Positions 1 to 12,318 of a DNA stretch of 64,000 bases are shown piece by piece. Source of the DNA: Lama guanicoe (lineage: Eukaryota); contig MU054323.1 in NCBI GenBank assembly GCA_013239625.1, positions 19,985,082-20,049,081 of the forward strand, read 5' to 3'. Both the position numbers and the translations under genes were made by a program. Positions within the stretch are counted from its first letter, which is position 1. Every line of letters starts with the position of its first letter. The notes beneath the pieces were generated by a model. The model saw only the letters and a list, made by a program, of their open reading frames with translations, was not told the origin of the DNA and did not search any database.

Positions 1-4
1 GTAG

Positions 5-30
5 GCATAAAGATGTCATCATCAACCAAG
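5..30 (+). CDS. EML4: EML4 exon 6 (26 nt): (K)HKDVIINQ(E)
   Basis: AG at 3-4, donor GTAAAT at 31; phase fits exon 7. Confidence 0.93.
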
Positions 31-214
31 GTAAATTAAAAATCCTTTTTAAAAACTACTTACTGCTTTTCCACATCAGTTAAATTTTTGCTATTGATAA
101 GAATATTGACTTATTTTCATTCAGTATACTTTATTTATTAGCTCACTTTATTTATAGTCATTAAAGAAAATACCCAGTTTTTATTGTAAGACATGTCATT
201 TTTATCTCAACCAG

Positions 215-247
215 CAAAAATGTCAACCCGTGAAAAAAACAGCCAAG
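215..247 (+). CDS. EML4: EML4 alternative microexon 6b (33 nt): AKMSTREKNSQ
   Basis: CCAG acceptor (AG 213-214), donor AAG|GTAAGA at 248, frame-preserving. Peptide matches the 11-aa insert that distinguishes EML4-ALK variant 3b from 3a. Confidence 0.9.
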
Positions 248-823
248 GTAAGAATAAGCTACGCAGTTGGTCGCCTTCTAAGTTAATTTCTTCCTGGATC
301 TCTTATTTGGCTTTTCATTATTTATATACCTGGCTTTCCTCTTACTAAAAGAAATACAGTAATTTGAACTAGTGAATCTAACCACTTTTCTAAAAATTCA
401 TCTTATTTCCATGATCTCTAAAGAGTCAAGGTTAACAGTAGAAATAATTATATCATTACAAAGAGATAAAATACTAAGGGGAATTCCCCCCCCCTTTTTT
501 TTATGAAAATAGAAGTTGTACTTAGAAAAGCCATTTAAAAGATTGGTAAATTTTAACTCAGTTTCCTGTCTTGCCAACTTCATTGCAAATAATCACTCAT
601 TTCTTGAAGCTAAGACTTAAAAAATATGAGTCTAGCAAACCCATTTCCTCTTAAATTTTTCTTTTATATTAATTGTAATTTCTGGCTACTTGCTGTTGTT
701 GGCTTGTTCTGACCCAAAAAAGATCAGACTTTCTGTAAATGTGTATTTCACTTAATTGCAAAGTAGGTAAGATTTATACATCAGTTTTACATTCTCCTTC
801 GATTGCCTGCAAGTTTAATTGAA

Positions 824-863
824 GCATGCTCTTCTAAATGAAAGCATGTCTTTTCTGTGCATG
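824..863 (+). promoter_or_regulatory. Cluster of three (T)GCATG RBFOX-type motifs downstream of exon 6b
   Basis: GCATG 824-828, GCATG 844-848, TGCATG 858-863. Confidence 0.5.
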
Positions 864-1217
864 CTTTTTACAGCTCATTTCTATATGTCCTAGTTATCTT
901 TATTTTCTGGGCTATTTATTATATTAACCATATACAGTGTAGTTAAAATTTTTGTTAGAGATTCAATTTGATTTCTGTAGTTTTTGATTCTAATAAGAAA
1001 AATATTTGCAATCTTCTTTGGATCATTTGTTTTTTCATAGAAATTCTAAATAAAGTTGGTTTTTGCTGCTGTTCTCCTTTAGTTAGGTCTTACTTTGTCC
1101 CTCCTTTATAATTAAGTATAGATTAAGTAATGGTTGAAATACCTTAAGAAAAAAATGAAATTTTATTTACAAAGACAATTCTTATTATATGTATTAAAGC
1201 TATTTTTTTTTTAAATA

Positions 1218-1400
1218 GAGGTAGTGATATGGAGTGGAAAGAGCAGTGAGTATGGAGTCTCTATGTTTAGTGTTTGGCTCTTTTGTAGAACACGCTGTGA
1301 CCCAGGCAAAATGGCAGTGTCTCTGGGCAGTTTTCGAATTTGAGAAGAATAACTATAAAGTTTACTTCACAAGACTGCTGAAGGATAAAATAACCTGCAT
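1218..1400 (+). mobile_element. MIR SINE
   Basis: GTGGAAAGAGCA..CTGTGACCCAGGCAA..CTCTGGGCAGTTT core. Confidence 0.55.
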
Positions 1401-2204
1401 GAAAGAACTTTAAAAACAGAAAACACTGTAACTATAGAAAGGTGCTGCTGTTATTACATGTTTTGCTAGACAGCTCAAATTTTATAAAATCCTTATAGAG
1501 TGAATGAGAAAAGGCTACCTCCCTCTTTGTCATGCTGTGATATGTTCTTTGGAAGGAAAAGGGAACTTGTGATTAGTATATAATAAGTGAGTGATTTGTG
1601 TTGGTGACAGTTTTCAAAACCACTGAAGTAAGCAGGTAAGTAAATATTTAAAAGGGAAGGGTTTTGCTAGAGAAGTCACTAAAGCGGGGAAGAAGGATGG
1701 AATGAAAAACTGGAAAAGGATATAGAAAAAATAAGTTAAATTCTGTTACAAGAATTTTTAACTGAAAAAGTTTGTCCCAGATGTTGGAATTTAGCAGTGT
1801 CAAATGTTGCTTGCATTAAGCTTTAATTTTGGAATATGAGTCTGTTCCTTTGCCATTTTAATCAGCTATGTATATCGTTAGACTGTACCTTGAAGGAGAT
1901 CTCTTGTGCCTTGTCCTGTTATGTAATTCAGGCCTGACTGAAATTGGAGCAGAGCCTATGGAAAGAAGTAGATGGATTCTAGATGGTTTAGGAGATTACA
2001 GGTAGGGTATGAGAGGTAAGGAACAGAAGGAATCTGTGAAAGCCAGCCTGAGACTTGGTAAGAGGCATCAACTAAAAGTAAGGAACATTTGAGGAGGAGT
2101 AGATGTATGGAAAGAATAGAGTTTGGTTTTGGACATTTATACTTGAGTGTATAAGACTTAATTTACTTGTAAAGATGTGTAGCAACCTCTACATGTAGAT
2201 GTTT

Positions 2205-2400
2205 AAACACGTATTTTGGAGTCCAGAGACTGGTTTCACCATTTACTTAGCCTGTGACCTCAAGCAGGTTAATTCACCTTCTTAAGTCTTTGTTTTCTCA
2301 TCTATAATAGAGATAATAATAAGCACTCAAAGGGTGATTATAAAAATTAAAGGTAATAAAACATTTAAACTAATACCTGGCACACAGTACAAATAAATTT
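2205..2400 (+). mobile_element. MIR SINE
   Basis: TGTGACCTCAAGCAGGTTAATTCACCTTCTTAAGTCTTTGTTTTCTCATCTATAA..CCTGGCACACAGTA. Confidence 0.7.
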
Positions 2401-3969
2401 TATTACTGTAAATGAGTGTGACAGTAAAACCTTGCACTCAAATGTGTAGAGTTAAGATGAAAAGATGACCATCAAATAGATGATCTTTACTTGGTATAAG
2501 TTGTAGATATATTTTAAGTTTGATACTCATTTTGCATAGCATATTCACAGCACATTTTCTTACACTTCAGGTATTTATTGATCCAAAAACTCTGTCATTT
2601 TTGGACAGTCTTTTAAAAATACAATTTTTTAATTTCTTTAGCTCTTTTTTGACAGTGACAAGTGTGACTTGCTCTAAGCCATCTGCTTTGTTTTGAGAAC
2701 AAGCCTGTTTACGTTTGATACATATAGGTGAGTGGTATAAGAGAGAACTACCTGAAAGGCCTGTGTATGTCAGGCTCAGAAGAGCAGTAAAGCTGCACAT
2801 CTGGTCAGCACTTAGACAGTAGGAAGGAAACCATGGTTGAAATGGGATGTTCACAGGGCAGTCTCAGAGCCTTGGTGTGAGAGGAGGGACAGGTTACTCC
2901 ACTAAAAAGAGGCTCCTACTGACTTAGATCCGTATCTACCCTCATACCCTCAAGTCCCTGAAGCTTAAGCCCCTTTTCATTCCTCTTCTGTTCTGTTGAA
3001 TTCTCTCCCGTTGCAAGAGAAATAAGACTTGGCCTGTCAAAGTTAAACTGTGAATAATTTTTTCTGTAGAACTATTTATTGTTAGATGTAGCATTTAGGT
3101 TCTAGTACAGTACTATTCATTTGAGAAGCTATTGATAAAGTTCTTTGAGCTAAGTTGGGGAACTGTAATCACCTTTTATAATAAATTACCCTTGGGGGAA
3201 TATAGATAACTGACAAATTTTGTAATAAACAAAATGAGTACAGACTATAAGCTCATTCTTACAATAGTTACCGAGTATATTACATTTTTTTTTACATTTT
3301 TATTGATTCATAATCATTTTACATTTTTAAAATATGGAAAATAAGTGTCACGTGTCCTCATTTCTAGAGGAGAACCCAAAGGTCCTCAAATTATTGGATA
3401 TTAACTTTTCTTCAGGCTTAAATAATGTCTCTTTTTGCTTGTAGTATCTTAAACTCTTGATATTTAGAATTAGCACATAATTCATTGTTTGGTCATGTTG
3501 AGAACCTGAATGAGAAAAATTTGCTTAATTGAGGAAAAGAACTCATCAATCACCAAATCACACTCTTACTTCCTTTTATAAAGCTGCCTCACTGCTCTGT
3601 GATTAAATTCATTCTTGCTTAACCACCAGACCAGCGCAATGATAGCTTAACTACAGGTGTATTTAGATGGAAGAACAGTTACTATAATATCTTTCAAAAT
3701 TAAGAATTGACAATTTCTTACTAGCTACCTAGCTACCTGTCTAAAATGGCTTCAGATGAAAAATACTTTAAAAGTCATTTTGAAATACTATCAAAAATCC
3801 TTCGGTAATTTGTTGTAGCCAGTTATTCATATAATCTAAAAATACACAATATAAACTCATTTACAAAACTGGAGAAAGGAAAACAAAGACCTCTAAGTAA
3901 TCGTGTCATTTTCACAGCTGTTACAGTTCTGATGTTTCTTTATTCTTTGTCAGATACACATTTTAAACG

Positions 3970-4340
3970 TTTATTCATTTAACAAATATTTACTGAGTGT
4001 ATTTTGTCAGGATCTGTCTCAGGCACTTGGAGATACAGTGATTACATTGTCTGAACTCTGTGGAACTTATGTTCTCCCTAAAAGAAAAAGATAATAAGTA
4101 CTTAATATGTCAGGACATAATATACGTTGGGAAAGAATGAGGAGAGAGAATGGCTGTTTTATATAGAGTGGTTAGGGAAGACATTTCTCATAAAGTGACA
4201 TTTGAGCCACCTGAAGGAAGTGAGTGAACAATGTGGGGATCTGGAGAGAGAATTTCCTGAGCAGAGAAACCTGGAAGTACATGAGCCCTGAGGCAAGAGC
4301 TTTCTTGCTGTGTTAAGGAGCAACAAGAAGGTCACTGATT
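3970..4340 (-). mobile_element. LINE-2 3' end
   Basis: TTCATTTAACAAATATTTACTGAGTG..CAGGCACTTGGAGATACAGTGA..GTGACATTTGAGC..CCTGAAGGAAGTGAG. Confidence 0.75.
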
Positions 4341-7300
4341 GTAGTGTGCATACAGTTTTGTATTTGTTAACCATTGCATTTATGGTTAACAATTGCAATT
4401 ATAGATTCATTCTAAGCAACAGAAGCTTCATTAGTCACTGCAGTTAGGAAAGGGAAGCAGAGTTGTTTAGTGGGAAGAGGGTAAGAATTATAAGCCTGAG
4501 ACCTAGTTAGGGATGAAATGACCTGAATCACAGAAGTTTGAAGAATCAGAATCCTACAATGACTAAAATTATGAATGTAGGTTGGAGTGAAACTCAAATT
4601 TTCATTTGCCAAAAGAAATTATGAAAAAAATGAAGCATTCTTCATCTAGTAATAATTTTTCCTCTGTGACTGAGACCCCAGACCTTAGTTCCCTCACATA
4701 TACTTAGGGTTAGACTAGACGTCACAAAAGGTGACGTCTTTAATAATTTTTGAAAGCTTTTTCTCTTGCAGCAAATAGAAAATGGAGGACAGCCGCCCCC
4801 CACCACCCCCCTTCGCCCCGAACCTTCACTAACTCACGTTTAATCTACCTGTTGAAGAGTTTGAATGCAGGTGCTTTTGTTCAGTGCCAGTGCCTTGTGT
4901 TGCTTTCTGACCTGTTGGCTCCAGGCCTAGGCTATCCAAAAACCAGATCACACCTGTGTAAACTAAGAATTGTATCTGAAAGAATAGCTAAAATTTACCT
5001 GTAAAGTGTATAGGATAGCAGTGTCCTACTGCTATTGTGTTACCTACTGAGCGGGAATATACTGTCACCTGCTGAGAGGTTGTGCAGCTTGAAATAAACC
5101 AAAAAAAAAAAAGTGAAAAGCCGTTAATTGAGCTACAGATAGAATCTTTCCTTGTTGTTTCTGAGATGGTATCCAAAACTTTGCAATTCTAGAATTTAGA
5201 AAGAAGGGTGCTAGCTTTAAGTCTGTTTGAGTATGAATAAGCAGGAAGACCAGGAAACCAAATATTGCATTTCCCAAAAAACATACTGACTTCCAAAATT
5301 TAGATACTGGCTTATTTTAAATAGGCTATATAAACACTACTTGGATCTCTAGGTCTGGGCTTTGTCCAAGTATTCTCTGTGTTTTAAAAGGAGACCAAAA
5401 AGGGGGTACCTCTTCTCTGTTGGAGATTTTTTTTTTTTAAGCCCTGTGAAGCAGAAATCTGATTTCTTGGTGGTGGTGGTGACAGTCTTCTGGATTAAAA
5501 TGTGTTTCAAGGCTGTCCAAATATTTTTTGATTCTCCAAAGAACAATTTCACCAAAAATATTCTATTGATTATTTACTTTAATAATACTTTTTTAAGATT
5601 TTTAAAGAATGTTAAATGTTTTTAATCTTTCTAAAAATATATACAAATAATATTTCAGGCACCCAGATTTATTAGATCTTTACATTTTGCTTTTTTTTTA
5701 CTCAGTTTTTTTTTTAAGAAATCATTAAGGATAAAATTGAGGTCTCTCCTTAATCCTGTTTAATTAAAAAGCATATATAGGTTTTTATTGTTTGCCTGGG
5801 GCCTCTTGATTCTCTTTCTACTGTAGTTAATTGAGAAACAGCTAGAGGGACAAATATTTTGACATCTGAAGTTTTTTTTTTGAATTTATTTTTAAAAAAT
5901 TAAATCCAACTTGCTATATCCAGATAAAATGAAAAGAATTTTTTTGTTTAATGTTTAAAATAACTCTTCCTGGGAATATAAATGAGTGATTTGAGGGTGT
6001 TTTAAAATACAACTATGTTTTGCTTAGTTGAGAAGTGTTTTTAGCAATATAGAAAATCCTTTAAAAGTTTTATGTGCCTTATACTGTTGGGATAGACTTC
6101 TTTCTCATCTTTCCCAAAAGAAAGCCTTTTTCAGGCAGTAAAAATAATCTAAAATGCTTACACAAACTCCCATATCTGATATTTTCAAGTAATTTTGTGA
6201 CAATCACAGTTATAAACAAAACAGCAAAGAGAAATCTGATTAAAAGAGGTTTAAAAAGATTCAAGAAAATGGTTAACTGCAAATTGGCTTATTACTATAT
6301 TAGTATATATGTTGATTGGCAGATATCGTAAGACTTGGTTATGTCTCTGTTATAAGCTCCTAAGGGTCTAGGTTCATATTTTTTAAATATCTTCATTGTG
6401 CACCCTCACCCCACTTCTCAAATAATGAAGAATTCAATAAAATTTATCGTCTAGTAGAACTCTGCCTATAGAATGACTAAAATTAAGGTAACATTTTAGT
6501 GTTTGGTTAAAGTTTTCAGACCTGGGTTCTTGTTCTAGCCAGTAAAACTAACTGCATAGTATTTGGCAAGCACTACAACTGGGAATTTTTTTAATCTGCA
6601 AAATAAGGTTAGATTATATATCCTTCTGAATTTGTGAGCACCCCTTTTTTTATTTTGGAGTCTACCTTTTATGATCTATTTGTCCAGCTAAAACTTTAAA
6701 AGGGGGTGAAATTGAGACTTTATCAGGAAAAATCAATTTCCTTGTTCAAAATTCAAAGATCCTTACAGATTACGTTGTTTCAGTGGAATTTTTAAAAATT
6801 ATTACTACAGTTTAACTAGATCATTAACTAGGACTTGAAATATTTCGTTTAAAAAAAATCATTTTAGGAAAAGATTTTAGCCTTCCTAAAATGGTTTTTG
6901 TCACTTTCCACCATTAAATTGTAGTCAGTATTTCCAGTATTTTGTTCACCCACCTTCTCTTTAGCTCTGTGGTTTTGGGGAATAGTACTGGTTAGTATCA
7001 GAGAAAAAGCTCAAACTAAGTAAAGATTCTTAAATTTTCTGTTTGCTGGAATTAGGTAGCGGCACACTGCTGCATTTTAGTTAAATATAAAATTCAGTTT
7101 GAGCAGGTGGTGATCTTCAGTTCTACAGATTGTGAAATACAAATAAAAATGAATTCCTGAAGTGAAAAGTTTGGGAGAAAGATGCTTTAAACTAAGCATT
7201 CCAGAAGTTCAGAAGACTTTCTATGGGCAGTACCCATTACACAGATAAGTCATAGTGCAAACCCTTGAGGCTCTGCTATTGCCTTTCAAAGCCTTTTTTT

Positions 7301-7917
7301 TTTTTCAGTCTCTAGGTGCAGAAATAGAGCAGGCTATGAAAAAAAGCATAGAAGGAACCAATCTTGGAGCAGAGTATACCCAGTACTAATTTTCTTCTAC
7401 TCTTTTTTTTTTCCTTTCACTGTGTTACAGTCAGTGAAAGATTAATAAATTTTGATAAACATCTTATAAATATATACATACTGTTAGTAAACAGTTGTTT
7501 GTATCAGTATGAGTCATTTCAGCAGTACTGCTTTTCTCAGAGCATGTAAGATAACTATCTCAGAAAGTTTGGATCAGGGAATATGAAGATCATCTTGCAG
7601 TCTGGAGCACGCTGGGGGATAGGACAGCCCAGGGGAGAAGCTGAAGTAGGAGAGTTAACAAAACCTGAGGAGACTGAGGGGGAGGCTCAGAGGTGTGCCA
7701 GAAAGAAGCACATAGAAAGAAAAGTGTAACATCAAGTGTTTCAAATTTTTGCCAGGCATTCACTCTTCCCAGAGATAATAGAACAGAAACATCTTCCTTT
7801 TCTGTTGTACTCTCTGATTTCCTACTGTTAGGATCCAGAGCTCACGCTGGTACCATTTGGATTATAAGTAAGCTGTACTGTCAGGTTATTGGACTTACAT
7901 GGACTAGACTGCCTGAA

Positions 7918-8217
7918 CAGTACTATCCAGTGGAAATGTCATGTGTAACACATATATAATTTAAAATGTTCTAGGAGTCACACTTAAAAAAATAAAGACA
8001 CAGATAAGATTAAATTTAATATATTTAACCCAGTATATGCAGAATATCATTTCAATGTATAATCTATAAAAAGTCATTAATGAGACATTTTACCCTTTTT
8101 TTTTTTTCAGACTAAGTCTTCAAAATCTGGTGTGTATAGTACACTGAAAGCATATCTCAGTTCACACTAGCTGCATTCTAAATGTTCTACCAGTGACTAT
8201 CATTTTGGACAGTGCTG
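7918..8217 (+). mobile_element. hAT-Charlie MITE, MER33-like
   Basis: Imperfect terminal inverted repeats CAGTACTATCCA / TGGACAGTGCTG (10/12); internal ACTAAGTCTTCAAAATCTGGTGTGTAT. Confidence 0.8.
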
Positions 8218-9072
8218 ATCTAGAACATAGTTTAGAATGAAAATGTTTCCCAAGTTCTAAGTAACATAATATTTTGGAACACAGTCTAAAAACTCATTTG
8301 ACCTCTGAGCCTTGGTTTCCCTTTCTTTAAAAGTAGAGGTTTGGACTAGGTGAGCTCTAAGATTTCATACAGTTCCAATATTATATGTGTCTAGAGAAAT
8401 GAACTAATAATAATATTTATGGTATCAACAGTATCCCACAGAATTTCTTCTTTTGTAATTAAGCTGTGTTATCATTGACCAGATTCAATTAGGAATATTT
8501 ATTTTATTTGAGCACAGGCTAGTTAAGTGATAAAGCTGGGATTCAAACAAGGTCTGCCTTTATCACAAAGTTTGTGTTCTCTCCACGATGTGGTATAGCC
8601 TCCCTCTCAGTCCCAGGAACTTTCAAGATGCCAAGGTAGGAGATAAAATGTTGAGATTAATTACATTTTAAAAAACTGCAGCTTCACTGTTGAATACGTA
8701 TGTAAGGCCCTATACTGTGTTCACTGATTATCATGAGATAGGTAGTTTAATTATTTCTTTTCTTCACATTGATTTTCTGGACCAGCAGACTTTATCAATG
8801 TATTAATGTTACTGATCTCATAGTCTTCTTTGACCAGTCCCATGGCCCATTCCTTCCCCTTGACTTTCATGATAGTTTACAATGCAGACAGCCAGAAAGT
8901 AGCATTGGGGTAAAACAAATTGTTAAGTTGTTGGACTGTAAGATCAAGAAACCTGTCAGCCTCTAAAAAAGGTTATAGTGAGAATTTGACTCAATAGTGA
9001 TTGAGGAGGAAAGAGATTCTTCATGTATATATTTTATCTGATTCTCAAGGTAAAGACTCACATAATTCTTAA

Positions 9073-9372
9073 ATTGTGAACTGGTGACCTGTGAGCTGTA
9101 TACAGGCCAAGGATGTTTTCTCATGGTATTCTCCCTTTGTTGGCGAAGGAGTAAACATTTAAAGATTGGGAGATGTCACAGTAAATTACAGATTTTCTCT
9201 TTCTCTTGAAAAATGAGAAGATCTAGCAGCCCTGGGCCCACATCTTTCATGAGAATGATTAGCTGCTGCCTCCCTGAGATGGAGTCCGGTGTACGCCAGT
9301 GCTCCTACACCAACCAGTCCTCATTTTGCATTTCCTGCCTGGGCCTGTAGATGCTTGAACTTGTGACCCCTG
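9073..9372 (+). mobile_element. hAT-Charlie element, MER102-like
   Basis: TTCTCTTGAAAAATGAGAAGATCTAGCAGCCCTGGGCCCACAT..CCTGTAGATGCTTGAACTTGTGACCCCTG. Confidence 0.7.
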
Positions 9373-11685
9373 TATTAAAGTGTACATGATAGAATCTACA
9401 GAATTCTAGCTTATTTTCCTACACTTGCTATTCTGTGGGCAGTCACTTTAAAGCTTATGAAGAGAGATTACAGTGTGTTAAATCATGTCTTATCAGCAAT
9501 TCCTAGCCAGTGTTTAGAATGGTCATAAATTCTTCTCTAAGGGAAGGAAATAAATATTTGTCAAGGACCTTATACTTTACAGTGTGATATCTTATTTAAT
9601 CAATCATAATTCTAAGTGGTAAGTAGTATTAGCATTGTACTTATTAGGAGAATGAGGCGAAAGTCACATAGCTGGGAAGGGGTAAAGCGGGGATTCAGAT
9701 CCCCATCAGTCTTTTTCCAAAGCTCATGTTCTTTCCATTATAATGCATTGCCTCCCTCTCAGTCTCAGAAATTGTTCACAGTGTCCGGATTATATGCTTG
9801 GCCTCCAACGTACTTACTGCAGTTTACAGGCAGGAAACGCATTTTCATCCTAACGTGTATTGCCATTTTTATATTATATTAGAAAAGTTCATAGGTGCCC
9901 GATACGTAGTTGCTTTGCTTATACTTGGTTGCTTGTGCTGCATGACACTTGATAAAGGAATCAATACAATATTTTGAGCTCTTTTAACAAAGGAGAGCTT
10001 TTTTTTTTTCTTTGATACCTTTGCTGGACATGTAATCTCTTTTAACTGGCATTTATTAAGTGTTTTATTTTTTTCATTCAGAAAACATTTATAGTATACA
10101 CCTCTGATCAAAGATCCTGGAAGAAATTCCGAAGGACAGGATATCTCCCTTTAATAATTTATATTCTTTAAAAAAAAAAAACTGGAGGGAAAATTACGTA
10201 ACAAATTGGCTCCTTTAGAAAGTAAACTGTACGAAAAAGGACAGGGAGATACAGATAAAGGTGATTGCCGGAGGGAAACAGTTGCAGCTGGTGATCATTT
10301 AGTTATCAGAATCCAGCTATGCTAAAACTCGTCAGGAAGCAGAGCCCACTCTTAGATCAGAAGCAATAAAGACATACATCATGTGGTGTTAAAACCATGG
10401 TGTGGGAGGTCTTAGCCTGTTCTTAGATCAAACCCTGAGGCTGAGCACACTGTGAGTAATAATAATAAAAATAACTTGAACTTCTCACCCATAACAGGCA
10501 CAACTTTTAAATCTGACTCTGAAGAGATACTTGCAGACATTCAGCAAATAATTTCTCTTTCCTTCTTCTTCCATGGTTTGCATTATGTAAACGACTGAAT
10601 TACTATGTTCTCTTCTCCTTAATAGCTTCAGTCATTAATAGAGGTCATAAGATTGTATCAGCCGCTATTGATGATCACATTTTCAGTCTGTTTCTAACAC
10701 TATTTTCATGTTATGCCTGACAAGTTGACATGTTCTCAATATTGCCTATGCTTCTGTATTCAGTCCTTATTTTCTCCTTCTCTTTTAGGTTCTTTTGTAA
10801 ACATTTTACAACTAGTATCAATGTTGTTAATTAAACCTGTCTGTATGTAGGTCAGGGTGCTGGGGCCAGGGATGGGTATTGTGTATATGTGTGTGTATGT
10901 GTTTTTAAGACATAAGAAACAATCTCATCTGTTCACTTAAGTATTGTTTCCATTTGCAATAAGTACTGATTTGATTCTAGAGTTGTCTTTTTAACATTTT
11001 TAGCTTTAGACTATTGCAGACTTTATAAGCAACTATTGGTTTGTGTAAGTAGAAGATGTTCATGCTGCTAACTAGAGAACTGTATCCTAGCACTGTCTTT
11101 AAAGTGTTAGCATATTATAATTGAATTTAATTGCTTGGACTCAAGATTGATTGTAGGCAGGATTGTGAAGTGAGGGAAGCTGGTCCTCTTTCCCTCCCAC
11201 CGCCCTGTGTGGCAGAGCTCTTCTCTCTCTCCCCATCCTGATTTATGAGGGTGTCTGACTCCTCTCCTCGTGGTATATTCTGAGGCCAAGTTTTTTGTAT
11301 GTCATTAAACATCAATGAGTTGATCAAAGTAGTGTGGTGCTCATGGTTGTTATCTACCCTGATTGTCTTTCTTCTTTTCAACTGTCAGAAACTTGCATTA
11401 CAAAACTGTTTTCTTTTGCGTTTTTTCGATCTCAGCTTTTCTGACCTTCTTTTAGTTATATTTTAATTATGAAAATAGTTACTCTCACTTAAGGAAATGA
11501 CCAGTGGTTTTTCCTACAATGTTTCAGACTAGGTCTTTATACGAAAACAATTTTATATACAATGAGAATAGAACTCTGAAGTAGCTATTTTTTATCTTGT
11601 TTTTATTGCATCACATTAATAATCCACTCTTCTGTGATCATTCAGCAAATACATCTGTCTTAATTTTTGTCTTGTGTTTCAACAG

Positions 11686-11809
11686 AAGGAGAATATGTTA
11701 AAATGTTTATGCGAGGTCGGCCAATTACGATGTTCATTCCTTCTGATGTTGACAACTATGACGACATCAGAACAGAACTGCCTCCTGAGAAGCTCAAACT
11801 AGAGTGGGC
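11686..11809 (+). CDS. EML4: EML4 exon 7 (124 nt): EGEYVKMFMRGRPITMFIPSDVDNYDDIRTELPPEKLKLEW(A), start of HELP motif
   Basis: Pyrimidine tract + CAG acceptor; ends at U12-type donor GTATCCTTTT. Confidence 0.96.
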
Positions 11810-12069
11810 GTATCCTTTTCTGGCATGACAGCAAATTTGTTTGCTATGTCTTTAGTATAAGAAAAAATAGTTTACCTAACCTTTCAAAATTGTCTTTATA
11901 TGAAAAGAGTAAACATAATAAACATAGCAATCACTTGAGAAAGTAAAGAGATGTCATCTCTGATCCTTTCACATGTTACATATATTTCGCTGTTAGCAAT
12001 TTAAAACCACTAAAATTAGTATCTTCAGATAGGGCAAGCAGTTTTCTGTGAATGTCAAGGCAGATACTT

Positions 12070-12250
12070 GTGCAGTAGAAAGGCATCAGGGTAGCACTGG
12101 AAGGCTAGTGTTTGAGTCTTGGCTCTGCCACTTACCCACAATGAACCTTACTTTCTTCACTTATAAAAGAGGTTAATAACCCATACCTCCCAGGTGTGTT
12201 GTAAGAATTAAGTAAGAAGAACATCAGTTAAGCATTTGTAACATATAAAA
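12070..12250 (+). mobile_element. MIR SINE inside the U12 intron
   Basis: TTTGAGTCTTGGCTCTGCCACTTAC..ATAATACC-like..GTTGTAAGAATTAAGTAAG. Confidence 0.6.
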
Positions 12251-12274
12251 TAATGTAAATTACTTTATTAAGAG

Positions 12275-12318
12275 CTCAGGTTAACAGGGCAGATTCTCAG
12301 GTTAACAGGGTAGATTCT
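12275..12318 (+). repeat. 21-bp tandem duplication
   Basis: CTCAGGTTAACAGGGCAGATT followed by CTCAGGTTAACAGGGTAGATT (1 mismatch). Confidence 0.9.
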
